A model generated the notes under the pieces. It did no database searches. It was given only the letters and a program-made list of their open reading frames with translations, and was not told the DNA's origin. Positions 52,302 to 64,000 of a stretch of 64,000 nucleotides of DNA are shown piece by piece. The stretch covers positions 1 through 64,000 of the forward strand of contig JAUCBJ010002942.1 in NCBI GenBank assembly GCA_032718475.1, given 5' to 3'. Each line of letters starts with the position of its first letter. Within the stretch, counting starts at the first letter, position 1. The translations under genes and the position numbers were made by a program. Source of the stretch: Nemertoderma westbladi. Taxonomy: Eukaryota > Animalia > Xenacoelomorpha.

Positions 52302-52937
52302 ATTTTTTTGCACAAAAAATAAATTATATTGTGTGCTGATTGTTAACATTTATCATATCTGACAAAAAATTAATAAAGTTGTGAGCTGATTAAACTCGAG
52401 AACTGACATTTATATGACTTAATTAATGGGAGTATTTATCAGGTATATAACAATCTCCTGATGGTTGAATGTGAACTTAGGTTAATCCAAGCCTAAATAA
52501 TTACTACTATTACTATATACCGGTTAATTGAAAAATTAACCAGAAATGCCAACGATAGCCGAGTTTAGCTAATTAGAAAATTAATTTATTGTACTGAATT
52601 AATTAGTGAGCCTATGGCTAAGTAACAAATAATTTCAATTCACTCCCATAGATTAAACAAAGAGTCTGTGATATAAGTTTATTAATCCACATCACGATGT
52701 GTAGATTTTTACAGCACAATACGACTATTGTTCAACCTTCTTTTGTTATTCAAGATATTAGGTTCACTCCAATGTACGATAAAGATCCATACATAGAACA
52801 CATTAGTTATAGGATTACTAATATTACCAAAGATGTATAGATAAATACAATTGGAGCGACACAGATTACAAGAAAAAAATACAAAGGGGTTCTGGCGTCA
52901 TTTTCTCAAACTTAACCATACGGTGTTATAGTAAACA

Positions 52938-53197
52938 GAGACAGGGGGGGAAACTGGACGCGAAAACCCGCCTTGGCTAATTAATATCCCGCCTCAATGT
53001 TAAATTCTCAATTTAGGGAAAGGAGCAGGTTACAGTGGTACTATAATTTAACCCAAACAATAAACTAAACACAATATAACAGGTTACAGTTTTAGTTTTG
53101 AGAGTAATCAGCTGTTATTTGTGTCGAATTACCCCTGGAGAGGGATGTATTTTTATTGCGTCCAGTTTACCCCCCCCCCCCCCCCCCCCCCCATCTC
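52938..53197. mobile_element. ~250-bp MITE with G-rich TIRs and 8-bp TSD, copy 3
   Basis: GAGACAGGGG...CCCCATCTC with TSD AGTAAACA at 52930-52937 and 53198-53205. Confidence 0.87.
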
Positions 53198-53585
53198 AGT
53201 AAACAATAATATGATAGCGACGGTTGCATAGTAATGCAATTCAAATGTAAAGAATTTGTGAATATGTAAAGAAAGATCTGTGTGCTATGCATATCAACAA
53301 TAATGACGGAGTTTAGGACAAAGTAAGATTCATCACATTATAGTCGAGTAAGGTTCACACTTTATGGATAGTATAATTGTCAGCTCTCTCATGAACGAAC
53401 ATAGTACATATAACGCCAAGATCACCATTTGTACGAAATATCAAAGGAGTGAAGTTCCCATGATGTACCCCTAATACTCGCTCCAATTATTGTTAATTTT
53501 CTACTGGCATTTAGACACCTTGTTCCTTTCTTATTAAATGAGTACTTTTAAAGACAATATATATATAAGATATATACAATATATA

Positions 53586-54595
53586 AGACCAACCAACAGT
53601 GGGCAGTGACATACCATCCACTGACAATACCCACCACCAATCGCATTTTGGGGGTGTTCTCCGTTCTATAATGACAACACACATATAATATGTTTTTAGA
53701 CCAACCAACAGTGGGCAGTGACATACCATCCACTGACAATACCCACCACCAATCGCATTTTGGGGGTGTTCTCCGTTCTATAATGACAACACACATATAA
53801 TATGTTTTTAGACCAACCAACAGTGGGCAGTGACATACCATCCACTGACAATACCCACCACCAATCGCATTTTGGGGGTGTTCTCCGTTCTATAATGACA
53901 ACACACATATAATATGTTTTTAGACCAACCAACAGTGGGCAGTGACATACCATCCACTGACAATACCCACCACCAATCGCATTTTGGGGGTGTTCTCCGT
54001 TCTATAATGACAGCACACATATAATATGTTTTTAGACCAACCAACAGTGGGCAGTGACAAACCACCCACTTACAATACCCACCACCAATCGCATTTTGGG
54101 GGTGTTCTCTGTTCTATAATGACAACACACATATAATATGTTTTTAGACCAACCAACAGTGGGCAGTGACATACCATCCACTGACAATACCCACCACCAA
54201 TCGCATTTTGGGGGTGTTCTCTGTTCTATAATGACAACACACATATAATATGTTTTTAGACCAACCAACAGTGGGCAGTGACATACCATCCACTGACAAT
54301 ACCCACCACCAATCGCATTTTGGGGTGTTCTCTGTTCTATAATGACAACACACATATAATATGTTTTTAGACCAACCAACAGTGGGCAGTGACATACCAT
54401 CCACTGACAATACCCACCACCAATCGCATTTTGGGGGTGTTCTCTGTTCTATAATGACAACACACATATAATATGTTTTTAGACCAACCAACAGTGGGCA
54501 GTGACATACCATCCACTGACAATACCCACCACCAATCGCATTTTGGGGGTGTTCTCTGTTCTATAATGACAACACACATATTTCATATATTTAGA
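53586..54595. repeat. 112-bp tandem repeat, ~9 copies
   Basis: Unit begins AGACCAACCAACAGTGGGCAGTGACATACCATCCACTGAC. Confidence 0.95.
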
Positions 54596-54749
54596 CCACA
54601 TCACATATTATTGCGCCTGTAGAACCCATCAAACCAGATGCCCCAAAATGGTCAATTAGATAAAACTGGAGAAATTGCAGAAAACTATGACTTAATTTAG
54701 CCCGGGAAGCAAATTTAAAATTAATACCAATGTTTATTTTCGTCTGATT

Positions 54750-54821
54750 CTACTACTACTACTAGGTCGAGCGAACTCGGACAGTGGAAATTAGACCCTC
54801 CCAGGCTTTCGGATTCTTTTA
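54750..54821 (-). mobile_element. Very short 3'-end fragment of the same RTE family as 43487-44209
   Basis: (TAC)n-TAGGTCGAGCGAACTCGGACAGT is shared with 43487-43515. Flanked by GTCTGAT on both sides. Confidence 0.75.
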
Positions 54822-54877
54822 GTCTGATATACGATAATAAAACGGTCTGCATCTGCAAAGGTAACAAAAAGTCTTAA

Positions 54878-57322
54878 CCCATTAAGTCCTAAGGTCTACA
54901 TTTGTAGACCCATGCAATATGGTGCTCTCAATTAAAAGCTGTACCAATTTATTTAGTATTTTCACTATAAATCAGACTTAGAGGCATGGGAGTACTATTT
55001 AAAGTAAATTTTAGCCCTCATGTTCGCAATACTAACATCTGACAAAAGCTCAATTTTAGTGAATTTATGCAAAAAGAGTACGAGTCAATTCAAATCTAAT
55101 TTTAGGACGAAAGTTGCCTCATGTGACTTGGAGATGCAAATATTATCATCCCTGATAATTTCTGAACATATAAATGAATTATGAAGCTCCCAACAACATG
55201 TAATTAGAATTTGTGATGTCCTGAATGAGCAAGTCTACAAATGTAGACCTTAGGACTTATGGGGTACAAATATCACTGAAATTACTGTAGTACAGTATAT
55301 ACTGTAATTTCAGAAGACATTTCATACAGGAATATGGATACAGGATACAGGGGCTCATAATTTCACCTGACATAGAGTAGGTACTGTACAGTCGGGCACT
55401 TTGTCAATATTGACATGTTGTCAATATTGACATGTTCCATGTCAAAATTGACATGATGTCAATATTGACATGTTTTGATCATAAATTTTTTAAATATTGT
55501 GATTTGAAAAGTAGAAAATGTTTTTTTGTAAAGAGAATATCTATTTTAATTAACATATTGTTGAATCCAACCAATGTATATTGTTGTTTGTAATAATTTT
55601 AATGATATGTTTTATTGCATGTCAATATTGACATCTAATGTCAATATTGACATGAACGCTGGGTTCTTATGTTCATTTCAACCCCACCAAATCTATTTAG
55701 AGGCCTTCAAGCAGTCAAGTAGCATCACAAATACTGAAACGAGCTGTCAAAACGCTTTAGTTAGAGACATTCTTGCTGCATTTTAAATACTGAAAAGAGC
55801 TTTTGAAACTATTCAGGCCTTCGCGCAGCATGTTAAATACTAGAAAAGAGCCACTAAAACTGTTCAGAGTCCTTTGTGCAGCATGATAAATGCTGAAAAG
55901 TGCTGTTGAAATTGTTCAGAGGGTATCATGTATCATGAGAAAAACTGAAAAGAACTGATAAAACTGCCCAGGGGCCTTCGCACAGTTTGAAAAATACATA
56001 AAAGATCTCTCAAAGCTGCTCAGAGACCTTTGTGCAGCATGATAAACGCTGAAAAAAGATTTTGAAATGAAACTATTCAGAGCTTTGTGCAGCATGATAA
56101 ATGCTGAAAAGAGCTGTTGAAACTGTTCAGAGGTCTTCGAGCAGCTTGAGAAAGACTGAAAATAAGTTTTGAAACTTTCAGGCCTTCGCACAGAAGGTGA
56201 AATACTGAAAAGAGTTGATAAAACTGTTCACAGAGTTCTTCATGCAGCATGATAAACGCTGAAAATAAACAGTTGAAATTGTTCAGATGGCTTTGTGCAA
56301 CATGAGAAAAGCTGAAAATTGCTGTTGAAAGTTATAAAACTGTTCAAAGTCCTTCATGCAGCATAAATGCTAAAAAATTACATTTGAAGTTGTTCAGAGG
56401 GCTTTGTGCAATATGAGAATGCTGAAAATAGCTGTTGAAACTGTTCAGATGCCTTCGTGCAGCATGATAAATGCTGAAAAGGGCTGTTGAAACTGCTAAA
56501 TGGCCTTCATGCAGCATGATGCATGTGTCTGCACCACTGTCTGCACCAGTGTCTGCACCACTGTCTGCACCACTGTCTGCACCAGTGTCTGCACCACTGT
56601 CTGCACCAGGTGTCTGCACCACTGTCTGCACCAGTGTCCGCACCACTGTCTGCACCAGTGTCTCCACCACTGTCTGCACCACTGTCTGCACCACTGTCTG
56701 CACCAATGTCTGCACCCGTGTCTGCACCACTGTCTGCACGAGTGTCTGCACCAGGTGTCTGCATCACTGTCTGCATCACTGTCTGCATCACTGTCTGCAC
56801 CACTGTCTGCACCAGGTGTCTGCACCACTGTCTGCACCACTTTCTGCACCAGTGTCCGCACCACTGTCTGCACCAGTGTCTGCACCACTGTCTGCACAGT
56901 GTCTGCACCAGTGTCTGCACCAGTGTCTGCACCACTGTCTGCACCAAAGTCTGCACCAGTGTCTGCACCACTGTCTGCACCAGGTGTCTGCACCATTGTC
57001 TGCACCAGTGTCTGCACCAGTGTCTTCACCACTGTCTGCACCAGTGTCTGCACCACTGTCTGCACCAGTGTCTGCACCACTGTCTGCACCACTGTCTGCA
57101 CCACTGTCCGCACCACTGTCTGCACATATTTTTGCACAAAATAAGTGTATTTTTGTACCCTTGAAGTCCTAACGTCTACATTTGTAGACCCTATGTAAAA
57201 TCTATCTTCCCATATATGTACGTTAACCAAAGTTTGGAATTTTCTTAATAGGTCCACTTTATGCTCACAATAAAAATTTCAAGAAATTTCATTGAAGCAT
57301 TCATGGTCCGGGACTTGCTGGG
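54878..57322. mobile_element. Non-autonomous piggyBac-like element carrying internal satellites
   Basis: TTAA|CCCATTAAGTCC ... GGACTTGCTGGG|TTAA. Sub-terminal AAGTCCTAA(G/C)GTCTACATTTGTAGACC at ~54884, inverted at ~55232, and at ~57164. Confidence 0.75.
56525..57125. repeat. 12-bp minisatellite (TGTCTGCACCAC/G)n, preceded by degenerate ~42-bp repeats (55720-56520)
   Basis: Direct reading of the sequence. Confidence 0.93.
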
Positions 57323-57693
57323 TTAAACCGCGGAGCGGAGAGAAAAAATATCCACTGTGCAGATCAGCTCAAGAGCGGCTGGAAAATCAGATGGTTGAAA
57401 TTGGACAGCCCCTAATATATATAAATATGTCAATTTTTATGCAATCTAACATGATAAATTAGGCCATAATCGAATTAATATCAGAAATAATTAATATTAA
57501 ACACAAATACAATTATTTTAATACAAATATTGATAATAATTACGAATTTTAGGACTGAAATATATACCATAAAATTACTCGAAATTAATTACAATATGAA
57601 TATTACATATAACACAGACTGAAATTATCTCATCAGTATTATTGTTACAAAAGTTTATCGAAAAACTGGCAATCCATTTTAGTATTACATAGT

Positions 57694-60249
57694 TTAAGAG
57701 GGGTCGTCATATCCCACAGAATCTTTTTTCATCTTCCTATAATGTTTTGATGTTATGATGAGAAACACCATGGCAACAATGGTTGAAACAGCAATCCACC
57801 CAGTAGCGAACCACATCCCGTTGATTGTTGTCAGTGTTCCAGAACATATGGATCCAGCCACACCCCGGTAAACATTCCATATTGGCAAACATTTGGCAAA
57901 CTCTGTTTTTATCACCGAATCCTTGTCAGCCAGCACATGGTTCATGAAGGCACCGAGGTAGCCTTGGAAATCAGTTAGGATTTTATCAAAAACTGGGCAA
58001 TTATTTGTAGTTAGACATTTGGCTATTAAAGCAGCTTTCTCGCCATCTAGATTCGCCTTGAACGTTGTTGTTTGTGTCTTGAATGTGCCTGATGCTGTAG
58101 TGTAAGCGTCATACGCGGTCTTTGCTGCATCTTTCTTACTTTTCGCTGTTGCCCCTTCAATAGTTGCGATACTCAACAGACTGGCATATATCGGATCAAC
58201 TTCTACATTTTTCTCCCCATGAGCTCCACCAGGACTGATAGTGAAATCCATCACTTTTCCGACAATAGTTGCAGCGGGGGCGGCGCCATCAGCAAATTCA
58301 ATTCCATCGCCCAGTGCATTACAATCAGTAACTGGTGTATGGTGAGTAGCTAAGTCAACACATTCGCCGTAGTTTAACGTTGAAGTAATTAATGTTTGAG
58401 CTGCAGCATCAATGAAAAGGGGAGGGGTACCCGTTTCAATTGTATTTAAATTATCAAAAACAGGGTCCCCAGCTGAGCCATATAGATTTGGTGAACCTGC
58501 TAAAAAAGTAACCAGTGACGATTTGGCTGCATCAAAGCCACTCGAGGCCTGGCCCATTATCGTCGCAGGGTCTATGGTTGATTCAATAGATTTCATTGCG
58601 TCCATGTTTCCTAACGACAGCGCTTCATAAATACCTTTGTTTTCTTTGCATCCGTTAATCGTGTTTAAAATTCCGCCACCAGGGACAATACCAGCCAGCG
58701 GGTCAGGAAAGGCTGGGGGATTTCCACTAAAAATGTCTTCAATAATTTTTCCTGATTCTAGATCCGAGCAAATCGCAGAGAATGGAACTAATATGGTAAA
58801 TGGCATGACTGTGAGGAACATGAGTAGCCAAACAATGAATACTCCAAATATTATGGCAATTGGCATCATCAAACATCCACCACAGTCGCTCAACATGTTA
58901 CGTTTGGTGGGTTTAACTTTTCGGTAGCCAATAAGGCCTAGCAGAAATCCAACCAATGATAACACTGGTATAAGAGCACCAAGGGCGAATAGGCCCAGTC
59001 CTATATAAGTCCGATATGGATCTATGGCACCTATGCTGTCTCCTATTGATGATACCTGTTGGAACATATCAAACATGGAATTCATGCTATCTATTGATGA
59101 TGTCACAGATGTTAACATGCTGCTGATGTCTACATTGTCAATGGCGGTTTTGGCAGTCGCAATTCCAGCGTTAACTTGTGTATGTATATCTCCACCATAT
59201 GTATCTGCAATCGATTTAAACGTTGGAGCAGGTGGTGTAGTTATTGAAGATACAGAAGTAATGGGAATCGGGCTCACTGCAGTCATAGAAGTTAAACTTT
59301 TCAGAGGTTCTATAGCGGAATTTTTTAGAGTGGCACAACATGCCAATCCTACTATATTGTCCGTTTCGGTTTTAATCTTCGCCAGGGCGTCATTGTACGC
59401 CGTCATGTAATCAGTGTATTTTGTCACAAAATCGTCGAAACTAGCTTGAAACGTTTTGGCTTCTGCCGTGTAGGTATTCACATGGGTATCTATCGCAGAA
59501 ACAGATACAAGTAGCGGGTTAGCTAAAACAACGCCAGTTTCATCTAATTTGATTTTGAACCAATTTTTGAAGTCGCTGAACTGAGTGCCAAGAAGCCACT
59601 CGAGTTGACTTACGGTGTTGGTGACGAAACTCATCATGTCGGAAGGAACATCTGTTCCTAGGACTTGCAGCAGGTTTGATGGAACTTGAGCTGTCATCAC
59701 CTCATTGTTCTTGTAAGCGAGAGCAGCTCCTGTCAACGCGATAACAAGAACACCGATTGTTATCAATGTCAACACCAAGCAGATGAGAAAATTTGAATCG
59801 CTTTGCTTCATATTACCACCACACTTTCCGCAACATCTACAACAACAAAATGCCGAGCAAATTGGACACCAGAAAGTGATTACCAGAATTCCTAAAGCAA
59901 CTCCTATAAGGTATCCAAGGAATGATACCACTTGCTTCTGTAGCAGTGGCATGATTTTGCTTGAATCAATTCCACCACCATTCATCATCGGACCCACAAG
60001 ATCAGTCATGATGTCTTTTGTGGGAAGCTCCTTAATTGACATGGAAACCATAAGGTTTACCATATCGTAGTACGGTGCCATGGAGCCAAAATCGTTCGTT
60101 AATGTCTCGTCTGTGAGCTTGTAGGCTTTCTCTGGAGATGGGAGCGGGGCGAAGACAGGATTACCAGCTGCATCACTGGTCACAGTCGTGGATGAAACGG
60201 TTGCAGCCATTGTGGCCACTAAACATATCGAAAACCAGCGAGTTCCCAT
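57694..60249 (-). CDS. Intronless prominin-family 5-TM glycoprotein, copy 2, 851 aa
   Basis: Uninterrupted ORF, gaplessly colinear with copy 1, with the same prominin motifs. Confidence 0.9.
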   Translation of the reverse strand: MGTRWFSICLVATMAATVSSTTVTSDAAGNPVFAPLPSPEKAYKLTDETLTNDFGSMAPYYDMVNLMVSMSIKELPTKDIMTDLVGPMMNGGGIDSSKIMPLLQKQVVSFLGYLIGVALGILVITFWCPICSAFCCCRCCGKCGGNMKQSDSNFLICLVLTLITIGVLVIALTGAALAYKNNEVMTAQVPSNLLQVLGTDVPSDMMSFVTNTVSQLEWLLGTQFSDFKNWFKIKLDETGVVLANPLLVSVSAIDTHVNTYTAEAKTFQASFDDFVTKYTDYMTAYNDALAKIKTETDNIVGLACCATLKNSAIEPLKSLTSMTAVSPIPITSVSSITTPPAPTFKSIADTYGGDIHTQVNAGIATAKTAIDNVDISSMLTSVTSSIDSMNSMFDMFQQVSSIGDSIGAIDPYRTYIGLGLFALGALIPVLSLVGFLLGLIGYRKVKPTKRNMLSDCGGCLMMPIAIIFGVFIVWLLMFLTVMPFTILVPFSAICSDLESGKIIEDIFSGNPPAFPDPLAGIVPGGGILNTINGCKENKGIYEALSLGNMDAMKSIESTIDPATIMGQASSGFDAAKSSLVTFLAGSPNLYGSAGDPVFDNLNTIETGTPPLFIDAAAQTLITSTLNYGECVDLATHHTPVTDCNALGDGIEFADGAAPAATIVGKVMDFTISPGGAHGEKNVEVDPIYASLLSIATIEGATAKSKKDAAKTAYDAYTTASGTFKTQTTTFKANLDGEKAALIAKCLTTNNCPVFDKILTDFQGYLGAFMNHVLADKDSVIKTEFAKCLPIWNVYRGVAGSICSGTLTTINGMWFATGWIAVSTIVAMVFLIITSKHYRKMKKDSVGYDDPS

Positions 60250-61329
60250 ATTTTTTGACAGAAAGTTCGATAAATTATGTCGCCTGATTTATCAATATAC
60301 TATGGTTCAACTTTAACTATTCAAAGTTTAAAGAAAATCCAGTAGGATGGATAACTATAAGTAAGCGCTGGTTTATTGGGGGTAATTATAGAAATATGTA
60401 GCCAAGTTTAATTCAACCATGTTATAGTCGAAGTTGACGGCTTATTGGAATTAGGGGTTATTGGAATTATGAACTATGCATAGAATTCCGTCCTATCATG
60501 CCAAAAGTTTCACAAGTGCTTTTTGATGACGTATGCATATTGGTTGACACATGTGTGCTACCTACATGGTCATAATTGTTCAAACTTGATCGCCCCGGGA
60601 CATGAAAGCCATGATGGTGACTGATTGGTGACTAACTGCAATGCAATAGACATAACTAATCGCGATCTTGTTTTTGATACAGTATGTTGTCATCTATTTA
60701 TAAAATAATATACTTTATTCCACAATATTTATTAGTATTAATAGCGAGGTGTTTATTTAGCATATTAACACAATAGACTACAATAAAGCAAAACACAATA
60801 ATTATATAATATATTCAATGGTTAGGTAGACTTTACTGGTAGAAGAGATAGCTCCTTTATGACTATTGTACCACCTGTTTTCCTTTTACCTATTCCTAAC
60901 AGAGAGGATTCATTGATCCACATCACTCGTATTCAATATATTTTGTTGTTTTTGTTATTTTTACAGAGAGAAATAAAGGAAACAAAATTGAAAGGGGCTA
61001 GGGTTGAACACAAATCAATGTTCCCGGCGGGAGTGGGGAATCATTAAGGGGACATGGTACCCTGCAAATTTTCACAAAAAACTTTTTTTATCAAAAAATG
61101 TTTTTTATTGAATCAAGGTCAAAAATTTTCGTAGATTACACAAATTGAAACCTTGAAGTCATAGCACGAGACGTAGTTGTCTGTATGTCAGTGTGTCCGT
61201 CTGTCGGTTTTTCTGTCCGTCAGAAAAATAAGGAAGGACAGTACCTAATTATAATTTTGGGTATGGGGGTTTTCTTAGTCAAGGATATCATTTCTGATGT
61301 CCATTTTAACTTTAAATGTGATTTAGATT

Positions 61330-62410
<1,081 letters not shown>

Positions 62411-64000
62411 TCAGTAGAACAAAGACAGTCTAGATTTCATCAACCGCCAATATTAACATCAGAAATGAAATTACAGACCATAAAAACCCATATATCGATA
62501 ATTTTACATTTGTGGTATGCTTCCTTATTTTTTGACAGACAGACGGACAGAAAGACAGACAGACATACAGACAGATTTAAAGTCGGTCTAGATTCCTCCA
62601 AACCTGAAAATTAACATCTGAAATGGAGTCACCGACCACAAAAACCCATAATGCGAGAATTTTACATTTTTGGAATGATTCCTTATTTTTTGACAGACAG
62701 ACAGAAAAAAAGACCGACAGATATACAGACACATTTAAAGGTAGTCTAGATTCTTCCAAACCTGAAAATTAACATCTGAAATAAAATCACCAACCATGAA
62801 ACCCCATTTAACGAAAACGTCAGTTTAGTGGTCTGATTTCTTATTTTTTGACTGACAGTCCGACAGACAGACAAATATACACCACACATTATACAGCGGC
62901 TCTAGATTGACTCGAATGTAAAAACTGACATCGGAAATGAAATTACCGGCAATGAAAACCACTACAGCAAAATTGGTGGTAAGGTTGTGGTGTGCTTTCA
63001 TTCCAAATTTTGGCACATTTGAAAAATTGTAAACAGAAAAATTTGGCGGGAAGGTTTGAAATCTTTGAATGGCTTTTTCTCTAAAAGTTATTTTTCGTGT
63101 TTTTTTTTACACAAACGTAAATTTTTCTCAGGAACTACCAGATGAAATTTTATGAAATTTTCAATGCTTCTCAGCATCAATGATATCTACCCGTGGAACC
63201 TCTAACATTTCAGATTTTTTTGTCAGCTTCATGTTTTTTTTTATGATTTATGTCATTTTTTTTTAAAAATACCAGTAATTTTCAAAAAATTGTCTTATTT
63301 TTGACGGAAATTAATTTTTTCCGAATTTTTTGAGGTTCCACACTTGTCCGGATAGGTGGTCTATCCGAGTTCCGAGTATCAGAGTTCCAAATTTCATAAC
63401 ATTTCATTGAGCAGTTCATTAGGAACCGAAGGTTACTTTCTGTAAGAATTTGATGTAATAATAGTAATAGTAATAGTAATAATAGTAATATTTTGAAGCG
63501 AAATAACATAAAAGCGGCTCTAACGATTTCGTTAAAATTTTGCATGACGCATTTTTTTGATGATCACTATCGATTCCAGCTGGTCCCATGTCTGTCCATA
63601 GAATGTTGGTTCGAAAAATAGACATAAACGAAAAAACGCCATAGGCGCAATGATAAAACACCAGCTGGAGCACATGAAAAATGTATAGAGAGGGCCTAGT
63701 GATTCTATTCAATAGAGAAGGGGCCAACTAACAAGGATGTACTTTCTGTGCCAAGTTTTTATTTAATTAATCACTCTTTCAACCCAGACTATAAGCAAAC
63801 ATTAACTTGGTTAGTTTGTAATCTATTATCCCATCAGCTGAATAACTCTCCCCAGTGCTTTCTATGGGAATATCTACAAGGTGACTGACTCACTGCGTGC
63901 GCTATGTTAGGTGGTGGGTTAGTGGAATGAATTTTAGTTACACACATAGGATGCTTCTGATGAGTGTTGGTTACTAATGGTACTATACTCAGCTAATAAT

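Noticed and set aside
52302-52349. 16-aa N-terminal extension of prominin copy 1
   Set aside because: It is absent from copy 2, and the signal peptide begins at the ATG at 52301.
56344-57257. Antifreeze- or mucin-like repetitive ORFs
   Set aside because: A 12-bp minisatellite open in all six frames inside a non-autonomous element.

Overview
Repeat-rich animal (probably marine invertebrate) genomic DNA; nothing here looks prokaryotic. The + strand carries the last seven coding exons of an LRRC45-like centrosome-linker coiled-coil gene (1-36495). Its large introns contain minisatellites, a young but disabled GalEa-like Copia element (23723-28566), a 2.2-kb solo LTR, MITEs and a foldback-like satellite complex. 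Downstream lie a CR1/L2 remnant, a decayed Gypsy element with a nested RTE fragment, a hammerhead-ribozyme retrozyme with tRNA-like Pol III boxes (47861-48797), and two intronless tandem prominin-like genes that differ mainly in short extracellular patches. The most unusual feature is that two LRRC45 5' splice donors have been amplified into tandem ladders (80 x 48 bp and 18 x 39 bp). Each ladder keeps the donor motif and a stop-free coding frame, so donor choice could tune protein length. Most long ORFs in the supplied track are translations of satellites, not genes. Homology calls come from motif recognition and recall, not database searches.
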